Below are positions 1 to 8,009 of a stretch of 64,000 nt of DNA, piece after piece. Source of the stretch: a virus. The stretch covers positions 3,902 through 67,901 of IMG/VR virus record IMGVR_UViG_3300003771_000090. The stretch is one strand, 5' to 3'. The translations under genes were made by a program, and so were the position numbers. Numbering within the stretch: the stretch's first letter is position 1; the number at the start of each line of letters is the position of its first letter. Under the pieces are notes generated by a model that saw only the letters and a list, made by a program, of their open reading frames with translations, made no database searches and was not told the DNA's origin.

Positions 1-50
1 CGCGCATGTCGGCCTCGTCCGCCTTTGCGACCTGTAGTTGGACTATTTGC

Positions 51-377
51 TCAGCCATTACCGACCTCCGTGCTGATCTGGATCTCTCGACGGACTTCCA
101 TAGCCATCTTCAGTACCGCGGCGCGCTTCTCTGGCGATACCTTTGCCACGATCTCCCGTGCCAGGCGGATGGCGAAGTCGATGCTGTCGCCGCCGGCGAC
201 ACGCCAACCGCTCTCGATATGCGATACGGCATACAGAGGTGCATCACCTGCGTTGACGAGCGCATGGACAGCGCAGGAGCCAACCGGGAATCCGGGGATG
301 TCAACGACATCGCCGATCACTTCTTCGAGGTAGCTCAGACCGGATAGCGGATCCTTGCAAGAAATGTGAAATCTCAT
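51..377 (-). CDS. Phage hypothetical protein
   Basis: 108-aa ORF packed in the leftward early operon. Confidence 0.7.
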   Translation of the reverse strand: MRFHISCKDPLSGLSYLEEVIGDVVDIPGFPVGSCAVHALVNAGDAPLYAVSHIESGWRVAGGDSIDFAIRLAREIVAKVSPEKRAAVLKMAMEVRREIQISTEVGNG

Positions 378-386
378 GGTCAGCTC

Positions 387-893
387 CTAGTCCGGCTTCC
401 GGCCCGCTGCGTAGCGGCCCTTTGGCACGTGCTTCCACCATTGGGAGGGCTTCCCTTTGGCGCCATAGTCGAAAGGCGTGAACACCTGGGCGTTGCTACC
501 CTTGTCGCGCAGGAAGCCCCACACCTTCACGTCCTTGGCCGGCACAATGAACAGCGACCAGACTTCGGGCGGCGTGTGAACGCCTTGCAGCGGGCCCGGG
601 CTCAGGATCACGCGATGGAACGTGTCGCCGGTCAGGAAGTTGAACCAGTGCACCTGGCGGAGGCCTCGGCGGGTGGACTCGTAGTACCAGCCGCGCAGGA
701 TGAACGACACGGCCCAGCGCCACGGATGGTCGTGCAGGCCGCGATCGGGATCGGAGCCGACGAAGCGGTGCAGGTAGATGCGGATCCCGAGGAACGCGCA
801 CACGAAGTAGCGCTCCAGGTAGGGGCAGCCGGCCTCGCTGATGATCTTGCAGGGGCGTGTGGCTGAATAGGCGAGCAGCAGGCGGCGGATCAT
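387..893 (-). CDS. Cupin-like phage protein
   Basis: YLHRFVGSDPDRGLHDHPW...SFILRGWYYE...FHRV resembles the two cupin metal-binding motifs. Confidence 0.7.
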   Translation of the reverse strand: MIRRLLLAYSATRPCKIISEAGCPYLERYFVCAFLGIRIYLHRFVGSDPDRGLHDHPWRWAVSFILRGWYYESTRRGLRQVHWFNFLTGDTFHRVILSPGPLQGVHTPPEVWSLFIVPAKDVKVWGFLRDKGSNAQVFTPFDYGAKGKPSQWWKHVPKGRYAAGRKPD

Positions 894-1201
894 TGAAACA
901 GTCTCCCGTGGATCTCGTCGAGCTTCTCCACTTCGTCGGCGGTCAGGTCGACGATGCGGCAGTGCTTGACCTTCTCTTTGAGGCCTCGCACGAAACTAAG
1001 CTCGTCCATGCGGAGGCGGCGCTCGTCTACCAGGCCAACCAGGCGATCGATCATCGTCGCAGTGCTGACGATTCTCATTGGGAAGTCTCCTTCTGCAATC
1101 CGCTGCATCCAGCGGTGGTTTGCGTAAGCCGCCACGCCGAGCGCCACGAATGGGGCAATCAGGGCCGGGGCTGCGGCGAGGGCGGTAATCACGGTTGGCA
1201 T
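890..1201 (-). CDS. Phage hypothetical protein with N-terminal hydrophobic segment
   Basis: 103 aa; 4-bp overlap with the next gene. Confidence 0.7.
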   Translation of the reverse strand: MPTVITALAAAPALIAPFVALGVAAYANHRWMQRIAEGDFPMRIVSTATMIDRLVGLVDERRLRMDELSFVRGLKEKVKHCRIVDLTADEVEKLDEIHGRLFQ

Positions 1202-1209
1202 GGCGATGA

Positions 1210-1524
1210 TTAGGCAGCCATTTCCAGGGGGAAGAGCGTCGGGACGTCTTCGGGCTCACCGATGAGGTGGCCGTTGATGTCCGACATTGCGTAGACGCCA
1301 TCGGAACGCATCCACTGGATACGGGTTTCTCCATTCGGCCCGGCGCCTCGGAACAGTCGGACGGGCGAAGCGAGGATCACCGCGCGGTCGCCGTCGTAGC
1401 TGGAGTCGGCCACGGTGAGTGGAACGGCGATCTTGATGTAGGCAAGTTCCAGCGCATCCATCTTTGCCACGTCGCCGCGTCTTGCCGCCTTGGCTGCTTG
1501 CCGCTTGAGTTCGTCGATAGTCAT
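1210..1524 (-). CDS. Phage hypothetical protein
   Basis: 104 aa, GAGG SD upstream, operon packing. Confidence 0.75.
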   Translation of the reverse strand: MTIDELKRQAAKAARRGDVAKMDALELAYIKIAVPLTVADSSYDGDRAVILASPVRLFRGAGPNGETRIQWMRSDGVYAMSDINGHLIGEPEDVPTLFPLEMAA

Positions 1525-1537
1525 GTCAGAGTCCTCG

Positions 1538-2677
1538 TTACACGCGAAGGGAGGTGAGAATGCCGCGCCAGCTACCGTCCTGAAGGAGGTAGACGGAGAA
1601 GTCCTGCTTCTCCTTGCTGGCCCACGAAAGCGCGACGTCGTCTGTTTTCACCTGGCCGAGCAGGCGCAGGAGATTCGGGCCGTCGAAAGAGTTGTCCAGG
1701 TGCGCTTCATCGCTACGCGCCTTGATGGGAATGTCGGCGTCGACGGCTTGGGTCCCGTCGGTGATCGTGATTGCGCAATCGGCGCCGTCCTGCTCGAAGC
1801 GGATCACGCCTTTCTGGTCGAACACGCGATGCAGGGGGCAGATCTGCAACAGCTCGTCGCGCGAGAACGTCACGAACTGGTCCGCCTTGGGGATCATCCG
1901 GCGCCAGTCGAAGTACTTGGCGCCCTGGTGGCCACACTCGATGCGGATCCCGTCCCGGCTGCCGACAATGTGCTTTTCGTAGATCTCGAACCGGGTGGCG
2001 CCGACCTTCGAGAGGAGATCAGCGCCATCAGCTGCAAGGCAAACGCCGAAGGGGGCAATGGTTTGCCCAAACTCTGCCGGAGCGACCTGCAGCGAGTTGG
2101 CAGCAAGCATGAAGCTATCGCAGCCAACCATGTGCACCGCCTCGCCATCGCACTCGATCCAGAGGTTTCGCAGGATGGGCTTGTCATGGCGGAACATCCC
2201 AGCCACCGCGAACGACACCGTCGGAATCAGTTCCGTGAGCCCCGGCGCGTCGAGCACAGCTATGGGATCGCCCTCAATCCTTGCCTCGGGGAAGTCCCGC
2301 CCAGGCAGTGACGGAATGGTCAGGCGGCAGGATCCAGCACGCGCAATGACTTTCGAGTCCTTTGCCGTGAAACTGACGTCGTCTGCAGTCATCCCGACCA
2401 GAGCAGCGATCTTGTCGGCGGGCAAGCAAATGTCGATGCGGTCGCCGTAGATCTCGGCCGGAACCGTCGCCCGGACGGTCATGTGGGTGTTTGACCCCGT
2501 GAATGTCACGGCCTGGACTTCCTCCGTGGCCTGCAGCCTGATGTGGGTCAGGATGTTTAGCGGCGATTTGGACGGTGCAGCCTGGCTGGCGGCCTTGAAG
2601 GCCTCGCTCAGGTGCTTTCTCGTTATGGTGAGCATCAGCGACTCGGTGTTCGTTGGTTTGGTCTTTGGCTTGGCCAT
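1538..2677 (-). CDS. dnaN: DNA polymerase III beta subunit (sliding clamp) homolog, phage-encoded
   Basis: 379 aa; N-terminus ITRKHLSEAFKAASQAAPSKSPLNILTHIRL, LPGRDFPE linker and YFDWRRMIP match beta-clamp hallmarks. Confidence 0.85.
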   Translation of the reverse strand: MAKPKTKPTNTESLMLTITRKHLSEAFKAASQAAPSKSPLNILTHIRLQATEEVQAVTFTGSNTHMTVRATVPAEIYGDRIDICLPADKIAALVGMTADDVSFTAKDSKVIARAGSCRLTIPSLPGRDFPEARIEGDPIAVLDAPGLTELIPTVSFAVAGMFRHDKPILRNLWIECDGEAVHMVGCDSFMLAANSLQVAPAEFGQTIAPFGVCLAADGADLLSKVGATRFEIYEKHIVGSRDGIRIECGHQGAKYFDWRRMIPKADQFVTFSRDELLQICPLHRVFDQKGVIRFEQDGADCAITITDGTQAVDADIPIKARSDEAHLDNSFDGPNLLRLLGQVKTDDVALSWASKEKQDFSVYLLQDGSWRGILTSLRV

Positions 2678-2685
2678 GGCGGATC

Positions 2686-2799
2686 TCAGTGGAGGCGGAC
2701 GTATTCGAGGTCGCCGTTAGGCAGCAGGCGGCCGCTCAGCTTCCAGCCCTTGGCGCGCATCTCGCGCACGTGGTCGAGCATGAAGACGTCGTTGTTCAT
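2686..2799 (-). CDS. Small phage protein (37 aa)
   Basis: MNNDVFMLDHVREMRAKGWKLSGRLLPNGDLEYVRLH; ATGA overlap with the upstream ORF, GGAGG SD. Confidence 0.6.
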   Translation of the reverse strand: MNNDVFMLDHVREMRAKGWKLSGRLLPNGDLEYVRLH

Positions 2800-2921
2800 G
2801 ACTGCCTCCAGATAGGGGTGGCGGTGGGCGAGTCCGGATTGAACGCGGCATAGAGGCCGGAGAGGGCGATAACGCCGATGGCGGTACCGACCCAGAAGGC
2901 GATGGCGCGGAGGAGCTTCAC
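2796..2921 (-). CDS. Small single-TM peptide (41 aa, GTG start)
   Basis: Hand translation VKLLRAIAFWVGTAIGVIALSGLYAAFNPDSPTATPIWRQS; 4-bp overlaps on both sides. Confidence 0.55.
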   Translation of the reverse strand: MKLLRAIAFWVGTAIGVIALSGLYAAFNPDSPTATPIWRQS

Positions 2922-3208
2922 GACTGCACCTCGAACATGTCGAGGGTGTTCGTGTCGCGAACCGGCTCGGTCTGCGGAAGAAGCTCGGACAGCCGGGTCT
3001 CGCCGTCACCGCCGTAGGGCAGCGCATGGGCATCCCACCCTTGCGGCAACTGGTCGAGTCCTTTGATCTCCCCCACGGCTTCAACTTCAGGATCGCTGTC
3101 ACCGCAGATGTCGCGCTTGTCGTATTCCGCAGCGCTGATGGCTTCCATCTCGTTCTCGGCCTCGACGACGGCGATCCAGCGCAGTTCCACCTCGAAGTAC
3201 CTGGTCAT
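2918..3208 (-). CDS. Phage hypothetical protein
   Basis: 96-aa acidic ORF with overlapping start/stop. Confidence 0.75.
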   Translation of the reverse strand: MTRYFEVELRWIAVVEAENEMEAISAAEYDKRDICGDSDPEVEAVGEIKGLDQLPQGWDAHALPYGGDGETRLSELLPQTEPVRDTNTLDMFEVQS

Positions 3209-3438
3209 GCGGCACTCCCCGTGGCTTCGGCGATGACGGCTGCTCCAGCGGCCTTGCAGGCGGGGCTGAGGCGGGCGGCGGCGGTGGCATTCCGCTCACC
3301 CCACACCAGGCGCTGACTCACGCTCATGAGCTGTTGAGCGTTACCGATGATGATTTGGGCCAGCTGCAGCTCGCGCAACAGCTTCTCGTGGTCATTCACC
3401 ACGGCGGCCTGGCGCTGGGCGGCTTGGTCGGGCGTCAT
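3205..3438 (-). CDS. Phage hypothetical protein
   Basis: MTPDQAAQRQ...; start chosen at 3438. Confidence 0.65.
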   Translation of the reverse strand: MTPDQAAQRQAAVVNDHEKLLRELQLAQIIIGNAQQLMSVSQRLVWGERNATAAARLSPACKAAGAAVIAEATGSAA

Positions 3439-3442
3439 GGCT

Positions 3443-3544
3443 TCAGCCCTCGCCGCCAACGCGGACGGATTGAACGCCGACGACCGACACAATGATCGTC
3501 ACCAGCGTCCAGACCATGATTCCGATAGGTACGAGCAGTTCCAT
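3443..3544 (-). CDS. Small hydrophobic peptide (33 aa), first gene after the left operators
   Basis: Hand translation MELLVPIGIMVWTLVTIIVSVVGVQSVRVGGEG; GGAG SD upstream. Confidence 0.5.
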   Translation of the reverse strand: MELLVPIGIMVWTLVTIIVSVVGVQSVRVGGEG

Positions 3545-3582
3545 CCCGTGTCTCCTGCAAAGAGTGATTGCACGGGAGGAAG

Positions 3583-3619
3583 TAAAGCATGCTTTAAACA
3601 GGAAAGCAAGTATGCTTTA
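3583..3619. promoter_or_regulatory. Left operators (OL-like)
   Basis: Perfect palindrome TAAAGCATGCTTTA (3583-3596) and GCAAGTATGCTTTA (3606-3619); same motif as between cI and cro. Confidence 0.75.
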
Positions 3620-3632
3620 TTTCATGGGGCGT

Positions 3633-3848
3633 TCAGTCATCGAGGACACGATCCAGAACCTTGGTCATTGCCTGGGCGGAAAGCCGCCTAGACGTCGTGA
3701 AAATTCCGTTCAGCTCGTACGCAAGTTCTCCAGTCGGCAGCCTTTCGATGACGATCGTGTCGTGTTGTTGTTCTGCGTCACCACCCCCTCCACTGCACCT
3801 TCGACCCTTCCTTTCCCTGAACGCAAGCAAATCCAGTACATCACCCAT
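3633..3848 (-). CDS. Phage hypothetical protein
   Basis: MGDVLDLLAFRERK... 71 aa; operator half-site AATGCTTTA at 3901-3909 upstream. Confidence 0.6.
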   Translation of the reverse strand: MGDVLDLLAFRERKGRRCSGGGGDAEQQHDTIVIERLPTGELAYELNGIFTTSRRLSAQAMTKVLDRVLDD

Positions 3849-4003
3849 TGGGCTGTTCTCCGCTGCCCGCCGTGTTATCCGGCAGTGATCAGATGAGCAC
3901 AATGCTTTAACGCGTTTGGAGTAGCGCCCACACCCCCATTTGGTTGGAGGCAGTAGTGTTTGTGGGGAATCTGGCAGATGCGTTTGCCACGGCCGCGCAA
4001 AAC

Positions 4004-4029
4004 AAAAAGCCCGCCATGTGGGCGGGCTT
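4004..4029 (-). terminator. Rho-independent terminator of the cI transcript
   Basis: AAAAAGCCCGCC-ATGTG-GGCGGGCTT; stem plus U-tract on the minus strand. Confidence 0.8.
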
Positions 4030-4047
4030 ATAGGGCGCAGTGGGAGC

Positions 4048-4302
4048 TCAGATCTTCAGTATCTCGCTAAATCTGGCGGGCATCGCCTCGACGGTCTTGA
4101 GTGTGGCGAGGCTACTGTCCCAGAGGGTCTGCCAGTGCTTGGCGCGGAATTCGTAGGCCTCCGCCGGGGTGAGTTGTTTGTCGCCAAGTTCATCCATGGA
4201 CATGGCGTCATACAGCGTCTTGGAGATCTCGTCGAAGGCATCCTGGGCGGCTGTGAGTGCCGTCCAAAGGTCTTCCATGGATACATGCGAAACGTCGGCC
4301 AT
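4048..4302 (-). CDS. Hypothetical protein co-transcribed with cI
   Basis: 84-aa ORF between cI and its terminator, GGAG SD. Confidence 0.65.
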   Translation of the reverse strand: MADVSHVSMEDLWTALTAAQDAFDEISKTLYDAMSMDELGDKQLTPAEAYEFRAKHWQTLWDSSLATLKTVEAMPARFSEILKI

Positions 4303-4329
4303 CCAGAGATCTCCTAGGGTAAGAATGCG

Positions 4330-4812
4330 TTATCCGTGCTTAATCCGCTTGGCCGTCGCCGATTTGGGTGCAGGGATTGTGCCGCTCGCTTTCGGGGCGC
4401 CCCAGTCCTTATCCGACGCGGTGTTGTCGGCGTGCTTGGCCACGGAATAGAACTCGAAAAGAACCCTGTCCAAGGCCTTGAGCTGCTCTGGCGACAGGTC
4501 CGACACCATTTCTTGGGTAACGCGCAGAAATGGCCAATAGGGATGCTCGTGCTCCTTCGTGCTGGAGTGCTTCAGTTGCACGAGGTTGACGGTCGCCTCT
4601 CCTTCGCCGGTCGACAGCCACATCATGTCCACGCCGAGTTCCCGCGCGGCGCGCGCAGCATTCTCGGCCGTAAGGGCTTTGGTCTTTCCAACGATGACCT
4701 GGGAAAGGGCCTGAACGCTGATGCCGAGGGCGTTCGCCAGCTCCTGGCGGTCCTTCTTCGCCAGGCCCAGGGCCTCTTCCAGCCGCTCACCAAAAGTGCT
4801 CGTCGATTTCAT
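4330..4812 (-). CDS. cI: CI-like repressor (XRE HTH; no recognisable S24 peptidase domain)
   Basis: FGERLEEAL...ELANALGISVQALSQV...LGVDMMWLSTGEG; divergent from cro; short C-terminus with a WPF motif. Confidence 0.85.
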   Translation of the reverse strand: MKSTSTFGERLEEALGLAKKDRQELANALGISVQALSQVIVGKTKALTAENAARAARELGVDMMWLSTGEGEATVNLVQLKHSSTKEHEHPYWPFLRVTQEMVSDLSPEQLKALDRVLFEFYSVAKHADNTASDKDWGAPKASGTIPAPKSATAKRIKHG

Positions 4813-4815
4813 GGC

Positions 4816-4873
4816 GAAAGAATACTTACAACGGTTTAAAGTATGGTTGCGTTCTGTGTTAAAGAATGCTTTA
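4816..4873. promoter_or_regulatory. Right operators (OR1-3-like) between cI and cro
   Basis: GAAAGAATACTTAC (4816), TAAAGTATGGTTGC (4837), TAAAGAATGCTTTA (4860); 21-23 bp periodicity. Confidence 0.75.
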
Positions 4874-4882
4874 ATTGAGCGC

Positions 4883-5086
4883 ATGGAAAAGTCCAAAGCA
4901 ACCGAGCTCCTAGGGGGCACGACGTCAGACGCAGCGAAGGCCATCGGCATTTCGCCGCAGGCGTATTCGCAGTGGCCGGATCAGTTGCCCAAGCGGCTTA
5001 CTGATCGGGTGGTCGCTGCGATCGCGCGACGTCACCTGCCTGCCGATCTGCTCGGTGTCGATCCTCAGCCCGTAGCCGGGCATTAG
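4883..5086 (+). CDS. cro: Cro-like HTH protein
   Basis: MEKSKATELLGGTTSDAAKAIGISPQAYSQWPDQLP; 67 aa, divergent from cI. Confidence 0.85.
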   Translation: MEKSKATELLGGTTSDAAKAIGISPQAYSQWPDQLPKRLTDRVVAAIARRHLPADLLGVDPQPVAGH

Positions 5087-5427
5087 TTCCCGGTCTGGCC
5101 GTCTTCCAGTGCTTGTGCGATGCGTTCCAGTCGCGCAAGGAGTTCGCGCGTCGCGCGGATGCAGTCCTGTAGTGCAGGGCGCTGGTCGACTGGCTGGCGT
5201 CGGCCCCGGTGGGGTTTGCCTTTTCCAGTCGCGAGCCATTGGGCAGAAACGCCAAGGGCGCGCGCGATGGCTTCAGTGTGGCGGCTGCCCGTCGCGTTGC
5301 GATTCGGGTCAGCCAGGTACTGGATGGATTGGTACTCGACGCCGACCTGCAAAGCCAGAGCGCGCCGAGAGGTCGGCGGGTCTGTCTGTTGCATGGCCCA
5401 GAGAAGGCGTTCGGCGTACGTGTACAT
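5083..5427 (-). CDS. Second CI-N-terminal-like XRE HTH protein, convergent on cro
   Basis: TYAERLLWAM...RRALALQVGVEYQSIQYL...IARALGVSAQWLATGKG; GGAG SD. Confidence 0.75.
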   Translation of the reverse strand: MYTYAERLLWAMQQTDPPTSRRALALQVGVEYQSIQYLADPNRNATGSRHTEAIARALGVSAQWLATGKGKPHRGRRQPVDQRPALQDCIRATRELLARLERIAQALEDGQTGN

Positions 5428-5594
5428 GCGGTGGAGTTTGTCATTGCCTCTGTGCAGATGTGTCTGTGTTTTGCCGGCAGAAGCTTTTGCCGGGCCGGGC
5501 GAAGCAGTGACCGCCTGGCAAAAAAATTTTCGGTCCCGCGCAACTGTGGATTCAACCGTGGAACCGATGAAATCTTTCTATAAGGACAAGAACG

Positions 5595-5993
5595 ATGCGG
5601 ACAGCGAACCTGCTTGAATGCGGCCCCAGTACTGGCTTGCAGCCGGTCAGCGAGCAGCAATCGGGCGCGCAAGGCCCGTTTCTCTCGCCCCACCTGATCG
5701 CGGAGTGCAAGACGTTCCGTGATGCGTGCGCGCTCGCTTGGGAACACCGGGCGAACCAGGGCTTGACGAAGCAGATCCTTGCCGCGGCAGCCGGTCTGTA
5801 CTCGTCGCACTCGAGCGACTACTTCCTCCGGGAAAAGGCCAATGCGAACGGCAAGCCGCGTCGCGACCTCCCGGCGGAACGGATCGCGGACGTGGAGAAG
5901 ATCCTTGGCAACCGGGCAATCAGCCAGTACCTGGCGCGCCGAGCGATGCTGACCCTCATGGAAGAAGTCATCGCAGCGAGGGCTCATGGATGA
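5595..5993 (+). CDS. CII-like transcriptional regulator (by position)
   Basis: 132 aa downstream of cro, HTH-like segment LTKQILAAAAGLYSSHSSDYF. Confidence 0.55.
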   Translation: MRTANLLECGPSTGLQPVSEQQSGAQGPFLSPHLIAECKTFRDACALAWEHRANQGLTKQILAAAAGLYSSHSSDYFLREKANANGKPRRDLPAERIADVEKILGNRAISQYLARRAMLTLMEEVIAARAHG

Positions 5994-6174
5994 AGGGGTG
6001 GCTCTGGGGATCGCCAGAAGTGCGGTCCGACAGGCGATACGGAAGTACGGAGACGACAGGCAACGCGTGATCCGAGAGCTGCAGGAGATGGCCGAAAAGG
6101 ATCCGCAATTGAACGAGGCATTCACCGTCACTGGCTACGTCGGGTTGGATTCCGAGCAGTCGGTGAAGCACTAG
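5986..6174 (+). CDS. Phage hypothetical protein
   Basis: 62 aa, overlapping the upstream stop. Confidence 0.7.
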   Translation: MDEGVALGIARSAVRQAIRKYGDDRQRVIRELQEMAEKDPQLNEAFTVTGYVGLDSEQSVKH

Positions 6175-6187
6175 GGGAGCGGGAGAG

Positions 6188-6358
6188 GTGATTCACGAGC
6201 TGATGCCGCGCACCGTGGTGCGAGAGCAGGGCGCCGCGGCGTTTCGCCAGGGGCGCCCGGCGGAGGACAACCCGCACTGGCCCGGTACCGACGCCCACCT
6301 GGAGTGGAACGCCGGCTACATGGGCGAGAAGTACCAGCCGACCAGACAGCAGGGCTAG
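6188..6358 (+). CDS. Small Rmf/CrpP-like-fold protein (56 aa, not in ORF track)
   Basis: Hand translation MIHELMPRTVVREQGAAAFRQGRPAEDNPHWPGTDAHLEWNAGYMGEKYQPTRQQG; G-x2-A-x3-G...NP...W-x2-G-Y pattern; purine-rich SD. Confidence 0.65.
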   Translation: MIHELMPRTVVREQGAAAFRQGRPAEDNPHWPGTDAHLEWNAGYMGEKYQPTRQQG

Positions 6359-6370
6359 GAGGGGGAGAGC

Positions 6371-6667
6371 ATGCACACACAAGTCGCGCACACCAGTATC
6401 AAGACCTACCACGCCATCAAGCAGGATGGCACGGTCGCCACCAGACAGCGCCAGATCATGGCGGTGGTCCAGCCGTACCCGGCTGATTACTCGCTGCAGG
6501 AGTTGTGCGAGTTGACCGGGCTACCCGTCAATATCGTCAGTGGCCGCGTCCACGAGTTGCGAGAGGAGCTGGGCGAGCTGGAGCGCGCACCGACCCGCAA
6601 GTGTCGCATCACTGGCCGCCCCATCAAACCGGTCCGCCGCCCGCATCCGCAGGGGGCGCTGTTCTGA
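6371..6667 (+). CDS. Winged-HTH phage protein
   Basis: YSLQELCELTGLPVNIVSGRVHEL...RKCRITGR. Confidence 0.75.
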   Translation: MHTQVAHTSIKTYHAIKQDGTVATRQRQIMAVVQPYPADYSLQELCELTGLPVNIVSGRVHELREELGELERAPTRKCRITGRPIKPVRRPHPQGALF

Positions 6668-7026
6668 TGCAGGTCGTCATCATTGCGAATGGCAAGGCCA
6701 TCCGCGTCAACCCGCTGCTGCACCCGGACCTCCTGTGTCATGGCCAGCAGTGCTATCTCCGTTTCCCCGGCATCTGCCGGAACAACCCCGACACCGTGGT
6801 GCCGGCCCATTCCAACCAGCTGAAGCACGGCAAGGGGAAGGGGATCAAGGCGGACGACCGGATGACGGTTCCGGCCTGCTACCTCTGTCACTACGAGCTC
6901 GACCAGGGAAAACGCTTCACCAAGGAGCAGAAGATCGCGCGCTGGGACCTCGGCTATGACCGCTGGGCCCCGTACCGTGAACGGCTTTACGGCGTGCCGG
7001 CGGCGCGTGTGGAGGCGGGTGCATGA
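6667..7026 (+). CDS. DUF1364-like Zn-binding nuclease-domain protein
   Basis: CYLRFPGICRNNPDTVVPAHSN...PACYLCHYELD. Confidence 0.75.
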   Translation: MQVVIIANGKAIRVNPLLHPDLLCHGQQCYLRFPGICRNNPDTVVPAHSNQLKHGKGKGIKADDRMTVPACYLCHYELDQGKRFTKEQKIARWDLGYDRWAPYRERLYGVPAARVEAGA

Positions 7027-8009
7027 GCGTTGAGGCAATCACCTGGGCCCTGAAGCAGAAGGTCGGCCGCTCGTCGACCAAGCACGTGCTCATGCTGCTG
7101 GCCAACTGCACCACGGCGCCGCTCAACCGCATCTACACGTCGCTTGGCTACTTGGTCGACTCCACCGAGATGGACCGCAAGACCATCATCTCGGCGATCC
7201 AGAAGCTGCAGGCCATGGGCTTTATCTCGGACACCGGTGACCGGATCGGCAATACGGGCCAGATCCCTGTCTATCAGCTGAACATGATTGAGTCCGGTCC
7301 CGAAGCGGGCGAGGAAAAACGGAACGATTCCGAAAACGGAACAGTTCCGAAAGTGGATGAAAACAGTACCAAAAACGGCGGCAAACAGTACCAAAAACGG
7401 TCGACAACGGTTCCGAAAACGGTACACGGAACTAAAGGAACTAAAGGAACGAAGGGAACGCAAACGCGCGGCAAGCGCGCGAGTGTGTGTGTCCAACTTC
7501 CCGAATGGCTACCTCAGGCTGCATGGGAGGACTGGCTGGCGCATCGGAAGGCCATGAAGGCGCCGTTCACCCAGCGTGCCGCCGAGTTGTCGATCAGCGT
7601 GCTGGACCGTCTGCGTGGCGAGGGGCAGGACCCGGTGGCCGTGATCAACGAGAGTGTCCTGCGGGGCTGGACGGGTTTGTTTCCGCTGCGCCAGGCCTCG
7701 GCCGGTGGCGCGCCGGCGCAGGGCGGCACGGCTCCGGGTGGCACCTGGTGGGAGACCTCAGAGGGCGTCCGGCAGATGGGCGCCAGTTTGGGTTTGCCGT
7801 ACGACGGCACCGAAAACGCCCGCCGGTACATGTTCCGCGTCTTCAAGGCCGCCGGCCCGGGGCCGTGGGTGGAGCGCGAGCTCGCCGCGGCGTCGCGGAT
7901 GAACGAGTTCGAGTACGAGCGCGTGTTTGCCTATTTCATGGGTGAAAAGCCCGTGTCGCAGCAGCAGCTGGCGCAGCGCGCGGCGGGCCAGCAGGGGGAT
8001 GCGGCATGA
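7023..8009 (+). CDS. Replication initiator (lambda O-like, N-terminal wHTH)
   Basis: MSVEAITWAL...KHVLMLLAN, STEMDRKTIISAIQKL HTH, internal iterons, C-terminal LPEWLP/WEDWLAHRK/W.GLF motif. Confidence 0.85.
   Translation: MSVEAITWALKQKVGRSSTKHVLMLLANCTTAPLNRIYTSLGYLVDSTEMDRKTIISAIQKLQAMGFISDTGDRIGNTGQIPVYQLNMIESGPEAGEEKRNDSENGTVPKVDENSTKNGGKQYQKRSTTVPKTVHGTKGTKGTKGTQTRGKRASVCVQLPEWLPQAAWEDWLAHRKAMKAPFTQRAAELSISVLDRLRGEGQDPVAVINESVLRGWTGLFPLRQASAGGAPAQGGTAPGGTWWETSEGVRQMGASLGLPYDGTENARRYMFRVFKAAGPGPWVERELAAASRMNEFEYERVFAYFMGEKPVSQQQLAQRAAGQQGDAA
7315..7452 (+). repeat. Iterons, probable replication origin
   Basis: AAACAGTACCAAAAACGG at 7361 and 7383; TTCCGAAAACGG at 7328 and 7411 (variant 7345); GGAACTAAA tandem after 7428. 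Confidence 0.8.

Noticed and set aside
51-3848. Anti-CRISPR or anti-restriction assignment of the small early genes
   Set aside because: No recognisable Acr, Aca or Ard motif; position alone is insufficient.
5450-5560. Additional LexA box upstream of the second HTH gene
   Set aside because: The CTG...CAG spacings there do not fit CTGT-N8-ACAG.
4998-6131. 377-aa minus-strand ORF
   Set aside because: Overlaps cro, the second HTH gene and the CII-like gene in other frames; composition not protein-like.
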